From contig CAZHBS010000002.1 of assembly GCA_964530845.1 (NCBI GenBank), positions 20,778-84,777 of the forward strand: a stretch of 64,000 nucleotides of DNA. The letters are read 5' to 3'. Every line of letters starts with the position of its first letter. Positions within the stretch are counted from its first letter, which is position 1. Position numbers and translations under genes: made by a program. This stretch comes from an uncultured Muribaculaceae bacterium. GTDB taxonomy: Bacteria > Bacillota_I > Bacilli_A > RF39 > UBA660. Below, in pieces: positions 27,835 to 36,359 of this stretch. A model generated the notes under the pieces. That model did no database searches. It saw only the letters and a program-made list of their open reading frames with translations, and had not been told where the DNA came from.

Positions 27835-28536
27835 TCACCTACTTATATATTTCCATATTTTCCTATATTGTTCTAATTGTTCTTCACTCTTTATTTGAGC
27901 AACAGGATGATATAAAGGAATAATTACATAATCATTAACATTTATTATATCTAATTTTTTAATACATTCACTAAGTGTATTATAAATATTAAAATCAAAT
28001 ATCTTTGATAAAGAAAACAAAGGATAATATCCTAAAGTTAAAATAACTCTTGGTTTTACAATATCAATTTGCCTATAAAGGAATTCACTGCAATTTAGTG
28101 TCGATTCCTTTAGATTTATATTATTACCACGATATTTCAAACCACTTCTTGCACACATAATTGCATTAGTAACATAAATTTCATCTAAAGAATAAGTATT
28201 ATTAGAAGACTCTCTAATAAAATATTCTAACCTTTTCTTTGTTAAACTCTCCTCAGAATTAATTAAACTTTTCCAATTACTTTTATCATTATTTAATCTA
28301 TCGTAAAATTTTTTCATCTCAACATATGGACCCCAGTCTTGACCAATTATCATTATATCTGCATCAAGTCTATTAAACCAATCAGTCCAAACAGATGGAA
28401 TATTCATACAAAAATCTTTATCTTTAAATATATTTATTAAAGATTTTTGAGCACACTTCATATCAGTACATTTAATACATTTTCCTAAATCATTAATTAA
28501 ACAATTAAATTTATCAATCTTCATAATAGACACCAC
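27835..28536 (-). CDS. Uracil-DNA glycosylase superfamily protein, atypical motif A
   Basis: IMIIGQDWGP (motif A position), VTNAIMC and PLYHPVAQ (motif B position). The start is uncertain: either the GTG at 28536 or the ATG 12 nt downstream. Confidence 0.55.
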   Translation of the reverse strand: MVSIMKIDKFNCLINDLGKCIKCTDMKCAQKSLINIFKDKDFCMNIPSVWTDWFNRLDADIMIIGQDWGPYVEMKKFYDRLNNDKSNWKSLINSEESLTKKRLEYFIRESSNNTYSLDEIYVTNAIMCARSGLKYRGNNINLKESTLNCSEFLYRQIDIVKPRVILTLGYYPLFSLSKIFDFNIYNTLSECIKKLDIINVNDYVIIPLYHPVAQIKSEEQLEQYRKIWKYISR

Positions 28537-28541
28537 TAATA

Positions 28542-29711
28542 TTAATTAATCAACTTACACTTTTTCAACTTTTCATTATCACAAATATTAGTAATAAACT
28601 TCATTAATACAAAGAAAATTACAATCATCATAAGAACAGGTCCCCATTTATAAGTAGAAGGATTATAAGTTAATTTATAAATAATATAATATGTAATTAA
28701 AGAAACAATATTTATTAATATCGGAACAAAAAACTTCAAATTAACAGTAAACAATAATATTATACTAAATACGTCTCCCATATATAAATATCTCTCATGC
28801 ATACAAGGTAGGAAAAAATAACACATAACAATAGATAATAAAGTAAGAATTAAAATACATGATGATGTAAAATTACGTCTTTTAATAAATGCAAAGACAA
28901 GTAGTAAAAAGAAAAGAAATCCTGTAAATAAAAACCCTATAACATTAGTCATATGACTAGAAGTTAAATAATTATAAATATTTAAAGAATTCATTACACT
29001 TGAACTATACTCTCCTACTTGTAAAAAATAAATCTTATAAGTATGAAAGAAATCAGCTCCTGCAGCAATAGCTGGTAAACACATAATTTGATTAACTAAT
29101 GGTATCAACAAAAAATGCCATAATTTAACATTCTTTTTGCAGAAAAAAGCAATAATAAATACTGGTAAAACAAAGACCGCTTGTAACTTAAATGAAATAG
29201 CTACTCCGAAAGAAACAAATGCTGGAATGATTTTATCATCACTTAAAAAATATATTGATAATAATGCAAAAAAAGTATAAATAGAATCACATTGTCCCCA
29301 CCAAGAAGAATTCAAAAACATAGTTGGAGAAAATATTAAAAGTAAAAAGCATAAAATCACATCAGTATTTTTATAATTTTTCTTATATTTAATAACAAAA
29401 CAACATCCAAGGAAAGCAAGTAAATAGTCAAATATTAAAGAAAATATCTTAATAAAATAAAGAGGTTCAACCTTTATATAAGATAATAAACTTAAAAAAG
29501 TAAGATATGGAAGATTATAATCTGAAAAAGTATTTTTTAAAGCATAAATACCCCCATTATTTCTCATATAATTAACCCAATGTACTAAAAAAGAATTATA
29601 ATCACCTGATTGATAAGAAAAATAAGAATATCTAACAAGCAAAGATATAATAATCCCTATAATAATTATAATTTTACTTTTTCTAGACATATTTTTAAAA
29701 TACTTAATCAT
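28542..29711 (-). CDS. Polytopic membrane protein, Gpi18/GT-C-like mannosyltransferase candidate
   Basis: 389 aa with about 11 TM helices and an N-terminal loop YQSGDYNSFLVHWVNYMRNNGG...YNLPYL. First gene of the tightly packed unit. Confidence 0.4.
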   Translation of the reverse strand: MIKYFKNMSRKSKIIIIIGIIISLLVRYSYFSYQSGDYNSFLVHWVNYMRNNGGIYALKNTFSDYNLPYLTFLSLLSYIKVEPLYFIKIFSLIFDYLLAFLGCCFVIKYKKNYKNTDVILCFLLLIFSPTMFLNSSWWGQCDSIYTFFALLSIYFLSDDKIIPAFVSFGVAISFKLQAVFVLPVFIIAFFCKKNVKLWHFLLIPLVNQIMCLPAIAAGADFFHTYKIYFLQVGEYSSSVMNSLNIYNYLTSSHMTNVIGFLFTGFLFFLLLVFAFIKRRNFTSSCILILTLLSIVMCYFFLPCMHERYLYMGDVFSIILLFTVNLKFFVPILINIVSLITYYIIYKLTYNPSTYKWGPVLMMIVIFFVLMKFITNICDNEKLKKCKLIN

Positions 29712-29744
29712 ATAATCACCATCATTAATATAATGATATCATAA

Positions 29745-29783
29745 AAGAAATAATAAAAAAATAAAAATCTATAAGTAGATTTT
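29745..29783 (-). terminator. Intrinsic terminator after the VanY-like gene
   Basis: Minus strand: AAAATCTA-N4-TAGATTTT followed by TATTTTTTTT. Confidence 0.5.
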
Positions 29784-30931
29784 TATTTATATTCACTGTC
29801 TATTCCAAAATAATCTTCAAGAGTAATCCAGTCTCCGTTATTATATAATTTACTTGCAAGTTCAACTCCAACATACCTAAAATGCCATGGCTCGTATTTG
29901 TAACCTGTCTCATCTGACTTACCCTTAGGATATCTCAAAATAAACCCATACTTGTAACAATTATCATTAAGCCAATTAGCTTCTGGTGTACCAGCGAAAG
30001 AATCATTTATTGTATTAACATCAAATGCTAAACCAGACTGATGTTCAGAATGTCCTGCACGAGCAGAATATGTATCTGCTTCTGCTCTACCATCATTTTT
30101 AACATAATTATTATAAATTGTTTTCTGTTTACTATATGATCTAAAACCACTAGAAATATAGATATTAATTCCATCCTTACTAGCAGCATTTTTCATCTTA
30201 TCAAAATTAGATTTTGTTAATGAAGTAAGTCCATCTCCATAATCATGTGGTAAAGAATATGCCTTATTAACTATTAAATATCCATCAATATAAGTAACTC
30301 CATCTCTAACTTCAATATCATAACCTTTAGATGTTTTATTATTATCATTATTTACTATCTTTTCATCTTTTTTAGATTTACTAACATTAAGTATAAACTT
30401 CTCACGACTCTCATTACCACTAGAATCCTTTGCTACATAGTAAAGCTCATATATACCAATCTTATCAAGATTATAATCTCCCTCAACACTTACATTAATC
30501 TCTTCATTAGAATTGTCACTTACACTAACTCCTTCTAATAAATCAACTTCATCCCCTACTTCAGCATAAACTTCATAGTTAAATTTAATTACAGGTTTCT
30601 CATCATCATAAACATTAACGGTATATTTGTATGTAGATTTCTTCTTAAAAATATCCTCAACTTCAATATCAACATCATAAACTCCTACTTTAGAAGTATT
30701 AACAATACGCTTTTTAGTAATAATCTTTCCATTTTTTAAAACTTCAACATTATCAAGATTATATATTTTATCATTGACAGATACATCAATATCTTTATCA
30801 TATTTAACAACTAATTTATGAGTATCTAAATAAAAATAGCATAAAAAAGCTCCAACAATTAAAAAATTAATTGTTGTAAATAAAATACAAACCTTTTTCT
30901 TTAATCTAAGTTTTTTCTTTTTATTATTCAT
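29783..30931 (-). CDS. VanY/M15B D-alanyl-D-alanine carboxypeptidase with N-terminal anchor and Ig-like (DUF5011-type) domains
   Basis: SGFRSYSKQ, AGHSEHQSGLAFD and EPWHFRYVG zinc-peptidase motifs. The start was trimmed to MNNKKKKLRL, ahead of the TM helix. Confidence 0.8.
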   Translation of the reverse strand: MNNKKKKLRLKKKVCILFTTINFLIVGAFLCYFYLDTHKLVVKYDKDIDVSVNDKIYNLDNVEVLKNGKIITKKRIVNTSKVGVYDVDIEVEDIFKKKSTYKYTVNVYDDEKPVIKFNYEVYAEVGDEVDLLEGVSVSDNSNEEINVSVEGDYNLDKIGIYELYYVAKDSSGNESREKFILNVSKSKKDEKIVNNDNNKTSKGYDIEVRDGVTYIDGYLIVNKAYSLPHDYGDGLTSLTKSNFDKMKNAASKDGINIYISSGFRSYSKQKTIYNNYVKNDGRAEADTYSARAGHSEHQSGLAFDVNTINDSFAGTPEANWLNDNCYKYGFILRYPKGKSDETGYKYEPWHFRYVGVELASKLYNNGDWITLEDYFGIDSEYK

Positions 30932-31026
30932 ATTATCGCCTACAATAATTATATTATATAAAAACAATAAAAATATAACTAATCATCCGACATATCGTAA
31001 AATAATGTAAAAAAAAAAGAAAGCTA

Positions 31027-31593
31027 CTATTTAACAAATTGATTATAATAACCATTTTGTTGTAATTCAATGCTTATCTTTTTTATATATTCTAATCTCT
31101 TTTTTAATTTATCAGGATGATGTGCCATTGCATCACAATATTGTATTGAAAGAAGTTTAGCACAAAATTCTTTGTCAGCAGCAAGTAAATCATCACTTAT
31201 TGGAGTGTCATGAAGTCTTATAAGTTCACAAACTTCATTAATAAAATCATCATCATATCTAAGTCTTTCAAGAATGTCTCTAGACATAACCGAAGAACAT
31301 TCTGCGTGACCCTTAAAATGTCTAACCTCTCCATCCTGAAATGAATAAGGTTTGCCAATATCATGCAATAACAATACAAGCCGTATCATAAAATCCTTTG
31401 GAGCCAGACTAAGTGCTTTTAAAGTATGATTCCATACATCAAGATAATGGTGAGGATGCTTATGTTGAAATCCAACTGTATCTCTAAGTTCTGGAACAAT
31501 TCTCATTACTTCATCAAAATCATTTCTTATCGCATCAACAGGACACTCACTTTTTAATATCTTCTCCAAATTGTTCTTATCATCTAATACCAT
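31027..31593 (-). CDS. HD-domain phosphohydrolase (resembles the HD half of CCA-adding enzymes)
   Basis: HKHPHHYLDVWNHTL and LLLHDIGKP. Confidence 0.7.
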   Translation of the reverse strand: MVLDDKNNLEKILKSECPVDAIRNDFDEVMRIVPELRDTVGFQHKHPHHYLDVWNHTLKALSLAPKDFMIRLVLLLHDIGKPYSFQDGEVRHFKGHAECSSVMSRDILERLRYDDDFINEVCELIRLHDTPISDDLLAADKEFCAKLLSIQYCDAMAHHPDKLKKRLEYIKKISIELQQNGYYNQFVK

Positions 31594-31617
31594 AATAAAA
31601 TCTTTCTTTGTATCATT

Positions 31618-31992
31618 TTATTTTTTTAATGTTTTTTGTTTTGCTTTTTCTTTTTCAAACTTTTCTTTTCTAAATTCTTCACTATTTACAATAGCAACTT
31701 CTTCATCAGTTAATGGCTCAACTTTATGAACTTGACCAAAAACCTCCTGTTTTTCTTCAGATAATGAAGATGAGATATCACTTTCTTCTCTTGCAAAAAA
31801 CTTATTATCTTGAAAAATATTTTGATAAACTACCAAGTCAGTAGCATTTTCTAAAATACCATCACCAGTATAAGTAACTTCACTCTCATCAATATCTTTT
31901 CCACTAACACCAACTTTTAATACTCTATAAATATTCTTATCAATTAATTTTTCTCCTTTAAAATGTTTGCATAACATACCAACTTTATACAT
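31618..31992 (-). CDS. DUF1653-like protein
   Basis: MYKVGMLCKHFKGEKLIDKNIYRV resembles the DUF1653 YRHYKG-Y core. The start was set at the ATG 5 nt after GGAGG. Confidence 0.5.
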   Translation of the reverse strand: MYKVGMLCKHFKGEKLIDKNIYRVLKVGVSGKDIDESEVTYTGDGILENATDLVVYQNIFQDNKFFAREESDISSSLSEEKQEVFGQVHKVEPLTDEEVAIVNSEEFRKEKFEKEKAKQKTLKK

Positions 31993-32005
31993 AAAAACCT
32001 CCACT

Positions 32006-32413
32006 TTATTTATTATAATAGTAATTATGAGTCTCTAAAAATTTTGTATTAACACTTATCCAATTACAACCTAAAACAAATCTATTAATTTGAAATTTAT
32101 AAGTATTACCACCTGTTTTAATCATCATCTTACCAACAATTAAGAAATGACTTATTTTAAAATCATCTACAGTTCTCCAATCAATAAATGCACTATCTTG
32201 TCCATCTATTGTATAAATAGTAATTCCCTCTTCATCAAAATAAAAGAAATAATATTCACTCTTATCAAATCTAATATATGTCTTCCAAGGTGTAGGTAAA
32301 ACCAGATTAGGCATAGGAATATTAGTCCCATATATAATATTATTAGTCTTACCTATTTTATACTTTTCTATTACATCTTGTAACTGTTTATTAATATATT
32401 TCATAAATCTCAC
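32006..32413 (-). CDS. Hypothetical protein (possible bacterial PH-like domain)
   Basis: ORF only. 1-nt gap to the next gene. Confidence 0.35.
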   Translation of the reverse strand: MRFMKYINKQLQDVIEKYKIGKTNNIIYGTNIPMPNLVLPTPWKTYIRFDKSEYYFFYFDEEGITIYTIDGQDSAFIDWRTVDDFKISHFLIVGKMMIKTGGNTYKFQINRFVLGCNWISVNTKFLETHNYYYNK

Positions 32414-32476
32414 CTAAAACAATTCTAACATAGAAAAGATAAACTTAAAAGTCTATCTACTATCAAAACGTTAATA

Positions 32477-32860
32477 TTAATATAATTTAGCTCCTGCAGG
32501 AATACTATCATCAACAATCATTAAATGTAACTTTTCTTCTCCATTTTCTGTATGTACTGCAGACATAAGCATCCCACAAGAATCAATTCCCATCATCGCT
32601 CTTGGAGGAAGATTAAGTATTGCAACTACATTCTTATCAATTAAATCTTCTGGTTCATAATAAGCATGTATTCCACTTAATATTGTTCTATCAACGCCTG
32701 TTCCATCATCTAAAGTAAACTGTAATAACTTTTTACTTTTAGGAACACTAAAACAATCCTTTATTCTAACTACTCTAAAATCAGATTTACTAAAAGTATC
32801 AAAATCAACATACTCACTAAATAAATCTTCTGTTTCTATCTTAATATCATTTTCTTCCAT
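32477..32860 (-). CDS. tRNA-binding (EMAP/CsaA-like) domain protein
   Basis: DFRVVRIKDCFSVPKSKKLLQFTLDDGTG...RTILSGIHAYYEPEDLIDKNVVAILNLPPRAMMGIDSCGMLMSA. Confidence 0.75.
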   Translation of the reverse strand: MEENDIKIETEDLFSEYVDFDTFSKSDFRVVRIKDCFSVPKSKKLLQFTLDDGTGVDRTILSGIHAYYEPEDLIDKNVVAILNLPPRAMMGIDSCGMLMSAVHTENGEEKLHLMIVDDSIPAGAKLY

Positions 32861-32907
32861 TTATATCACTCCTAAAAATTATTATAACAAACGCTATTAA
32901 ATATATT

Positions 32908-33210
32908 TTATTTCTTTTTTTCCGGTAAATCTTTGCAAGTATCTAAAACTATATTCTTTAATCTTTCTTGATCATCTAAATCATCTACATAATACATTAA
33001 CTTTGCACCTTTATAAGGTATTGCTTCTTCTAGATTATATTTCTTATTACTGTCAACAATTTTAACAAGAACTCTAGAGTCATATATACCTCCAAATAAT
33101 ATTCCATCATAATAAAGTAAATACTCTCCCATCATAGGTCTACACGTAATATTATCAAGTACATTTAATTGCTCTAAAACATAATCTCTAAAATCTTTTG
33201 TAGTAGCCAT
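32908..33210 (-). CDS. TfoX N-terminal domain protein
   Basis: FRDYVLEQLNVLDNITCRPMMGEYLLYYDGILFGGIYDSRVLVK. The start was trimmed to the ATG after GGTGAT. Confidence 0.7.
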   Translation of the reverse strand: MATTKDFRDYVLEQLNVLDNITCRPMMGEYLLYYDGILFGGIYDSRVLVKIVDSNKKYNLEEAIPYKGAKLMYYVDDLDDQERLKNIVLDTCKDLPEKKK

Positions 33211-33457
33211 AATAATCACCAACTTTCAAACTTATAATATCAAAATAACAACAACTTGTATAGAAAAAGATATTAACTGCTTAAATAAAAAACAGTATTA
33301 TATATAAAAATAGTCTTGCAATAATAACAAAACTATTTTTGATTAATTTTATAGCAACTAAGTAAAATACCTTTTAATAATTTTACATATTAAGACTTAT
33401 TATACTTGTATTCATACTGATGTATTTCCAAAGTCTTAACAGAAAGATCATATTCCA

Positions 33458-34615
33458 TTACATACATTTGGTATACGCCTTTTTCACTTGGTAATTTATT
33501 GTATTCCTTTGTTGTGCCATTATATTAGAAATATAAGAATTATTATTTTGAATAATACTTTTTGGTAGTAACACATTTAATTCAGAATTTACTTTTGTAG
33601 ATAATTCCCAAGTACTACTTTTCTTTAATGAACTTTCCAAATTAACATTTTTATCATAATAAACGCATACCTGTTGATAATTATTCCAATTCTCTTTACC
33701 CCAAGCCCCACTATAAATCTGTAACATTCCTTTTTCAGGAACTTCTATATTTAACATATCTTTATAATCATCTATTTTATTATAGTCTTGATTAAATGTT
33801 GAAAATGGTGCTTCTGCAAAATTAATAAATAATAAAAACAGTATAATGAATCCTCCGACTATATTTTTTAAACATTTATATCCTCTTTCTTTATATTCAA
33901 ATCCAAAGATTATTGATAATATTGGAATAGTCATAAATAGAAGGTAAATCCATTTATCCTTGTATCGAGCAAATATGGGATTTATTGAATTATTCAAAGC
34001 ATTATGAATTGTGGAAGCTATAGGTAAGCTAATTAACGTTATTAAAAATAGTATAATCAACCTATTTGGAATTTTATGTGGATTCTCTAATTTTGTTCTT
34101 TTAGAAACATTTTTTTCAATTTTTTCTTTTAAGAATTCTATCAAGTCTTTATCGAATTTTTCTTTTAAAAGAATTATAACTAAATTATTTTTTCCATGTT
34201 CTAAATAAACATTAGTATCAGTTTCTACTATTTTTTTAATTTCTTTATAATCTATTTTTAAAGAAAGATTAGTCCAGCTACTTATTAAATAATCATCATA
34301 AAATTCCACATTAAGTTCTTTATTATTTGTATCACCACCATTTCTTTTTAAAAATATTTTACCAGCAATATGTTCCAATCTAATTATGCAATATATCATG
34401 CCTAAAATCTGCAAAAATAAGAAAATAGAAATTGAAGACCAAAAATTTCTCGAACCGATAAGCAAAATAAAAAAAATCATTGTATTACAGGCTAATACTA
34501 TGCGTATAAATGACAAGTACATTCTTTTAGGAAAATATTTTGCCATCTTTTTGTATTCTTCAACATTTATATAACCTTCATATTTATATGCTATTTTTTC
34601 TCCATCATTTTTCAT
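33458..34615 (-). CDS. Multi-pass membrane protein with YcxB-like N-terminal module
   Basis: Two TM helices followed by a DYKEIKKIVETDTNVYLEHGKNNLVIILLKEKF-type domain, then more TM helices and a soluble tail. Confidence 0.4.
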   Translation of the reverse strand: MKNDGEKIAYKYEGYINVEEYKKMAKYFPKRMYLSFIRIVLACNTMIFFILLIGSRNFWSSISIFLFLQILGMIYCIIRLEHIAGKIFLKRNGGDTNNKELNVEFYDDYLISSWTNLSLKIDYKEIKKIVETDTNVYLEHGKNNLVIILLKEKFDKDLIEFLKEKIEKNVSKRTKLENPHKIPNRLIILFLITLISLPIASTIHNALNNSINPIFARYKDKWIYLLFMTIPILSIIFGFEYKERGYKCLKNIVGGFIILFLLFINFAEAPFSTFNQDYNKIDDYKDMLNIEVPEKGMLQIYSGAWGKENWNNYQQVCVYYDKNVNLESSLKKSSTWELSTKVNSELNVLLPKSIIQNNNSYISNIMAQQRNTINYQVKKAYTKCM

Positions 34616-34730
34616 TATAATCACCTAACTTAATTTATATATTTATTATATAATCATATTATAAATAAAACAATGTAATTTTAGAATAGTTATTCATAAT
34701 GATACTAATCCTCATTAACTACAAAAATTA

Positions 34731-34763
34731 TAAAAAAAATGATAGCAACTGTTAATTGCTACC
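34731..34763 (-). terminator. Intrinsic terminator after the flavin reductase gene
   Basis: Minus strand: TAGCAA-N7-TTGCTA followed by a T8 run. Confidence 0.45.
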
Positions 34764-34788
34764 ATATAAAATAAAGAAAAAACATAAT

Positions 34789-35355
34789 TTATTTTTTTAA
34801 TTCAAGACCATCTTTAAATGCATTGCCAACTCTTTCTCCTACTCTATAATATCCATGAGTATAAGTATCAAATGCAATTGCATCAACTAATGATATATCT
34901 ACATTATCATCTTTCATTACAGCTTCATCTGCTGTTACATTAACAACTTTCCCTACTACTCCACAACCATATTCACTGTCTTGATATTCAATAAATTCGC
35001 ATTCCATACATATAGGAAATTCATTTACAATAGGAGCATCAACCGCCTCAGATTTAGTTGCTGTTAGACCACTATTTTCAAACTTATTTGGTGTATTATT
35101 TCCAGATACAACTCCAAAGTAATCAGCTTCCTTAACATGTTTAGCATCTGCTATACTAACAGTAAAAGCTCCTCTTGCTTTTATATTTTTAACAGTTTTA
35201 TGTGTCTCTGTTAAATTAAGAGCCACAACATCTCTATCAATCATCATTCCCCATGCAGCATTCATAACATCAACACTTCCATCTTCATTGTATGTTGCAA
35301 TCATTAAAACAGGCATTGGAAATATTGCTTCTGTAGTTTTAATATTTTTTCTCAT
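34789..35355 (-). CDS. Flavin reductase-like FMN-binding protein (flavoredoxin family)
   Basis: FPMPVLMIATYNEDGSVDVMNAAWG. Confidence 0.8.
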   Translation of the reverse strand: MRKNIKTTEAIFPMPVLMIATYNEDGSVDVMNAAWGMMIDRDVVALNLTETHKTVKNIKARGAFTVSIADAKHVKEADYFGVVSGNNTPNKFENSGLTATKSEAVDAPIVNEFPICMECEFIEYQDSEYGCGVVGKVVNVTADEAVMKDDNVDISLVDAIAFDTYTHGYYRVGERVGNAFKDGLELKK

Positions 35356-35419
35356 AAATAAATCCTCCTAAAAAAATTTTAACATAAAAAAGAAAAATTA
35401 TTTTCTTTTCTGCTCTATA

Positions 35420-36226
35420 CTATTTAACAAATACTTTTTCTTTATCTTTATCATCTGGTAATTCTGGATACATTTTTCCATAAATATCGGCTAATTCATG
35501 TACTTTTCTCTTTGCTTCTTCATCATTTTCTTTTTTTCTCTTTTGATTTGAAATATAACAACAAGCTCCTGTTGCAATTGCTGCAGCTGCTGTTGCTGGA
35601 TAACCAACTGTAAAGAAAGATATAGCTAATGCTCCTGTTGCAGCTGCACTAACACCAGTCGCAACCTTTAAACGATTAATTAATGGCGTACTAAACTTAT
35701 GTCTAGGAAATGTATAAGGGTCTCCTTCCATAGTACAAGTAAGTCCTGTATAAACAATAGGATTTTCATTTTCAAACATTTTTACAACTCTTCTTGCAAT
35801 ATCATAATCATCTATAAGTTCAACTTCCCCTTCAGCACAATATTTTGTATATATTTTAGATGCTGTATTAACAACCTTAATATCAGTAGCTCTTTTTTCC
35901 ATTTTTTCAGCAACTTCACCCTGGCGTCTATCTTTTAATCTATCAAACTTTGCAAGAAAAGAAGCCAACTGTTCCATAAAACGAGCATCGCTTTCTAAAA
36001 GTCCATCTAATACATACTCATCAGTATATAAGTATCCATAATCAGGATCTAATTTTTCAATAAAAATAGAATGATTCTTATATTTAACATCATTAACAAA
36101 ACATTTACGACCAATGTAAGAATTTAATTCATTAAAAAAATCTTCAAAAGAACCTTTTACTGGATAATATCCTTCTACCTCTGCTTTAACATGACTAAAA
36201 TCTGTTCTAGTAACTACATATTTCAT
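35420..36226 (-). CDS. Hypothetical protein with C-terminal Ala/Gly-rich two-helix membrane hairpin
   Basis: VATGVSAAATGALAISFFTVGYPATAAAAIATGACCYIS followed by a charged tail. Confidence 0.45.
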   Translation of the reverse strand: MKYVVTRTDFSHVKAEVEGYYPVKGSFEDFFNELNSYIGRKCFVNDVKYKNHSIFIEKLDPDYGYLYTDEYVLDGLLESDARFMEQLASFLAKFDRLKDRRQGEVAEKMEKRATDIKVVNTASKIYTKYCAEGEVELIDDYDIARRVVKMFENENPIVYTGLTCTMEGDPYTFPRHKFSTPLINRLKVATGVSAAATGALAISFFTVGYPATAAAAIATGACCYISNQKRKKENDEEAKRKVHELADIYGKMYPELPDDKDKEKVFVK

Positions 36227-36305
36227 AATATTTCTCCTTCAATAAAAAATATAATACTCATAACAAATTACATAGTCAAGCAATATTTAGTAAAACAATT
36301 TATAA

Positions 36306-36334
36306 TAATAAAAAGACTTGTTTTACAAAGTCTA
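36306..36334 (-). terminator. Intrinsic terminator after the 544-aa membrane protein gene
   Basis: Minus strand: AGACTT-N8-AAGTCT followed by TTTTTATT. Confidence 0.4.
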
Positions 36335-36359
36335 ATTATTATAAATTAAAATATTAATT

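Noticed and set aside
29712-29782. The possibility that the VanY-like gene belongs to the same operon as the glycosylase/Maf unit.
   Set aside because: A stem-loop plus T-run terminator immediately follows the VanY stop. The next gene has its own AT-rich promoter-like spacer.
17506-34615. Integron-like gene-cassette array.
   Set aside because: No integrase is present and no attC-like imperfect palindromes are repeated between genes. Most junctions are 0-16 nt, which leaves no room for recombination sites.
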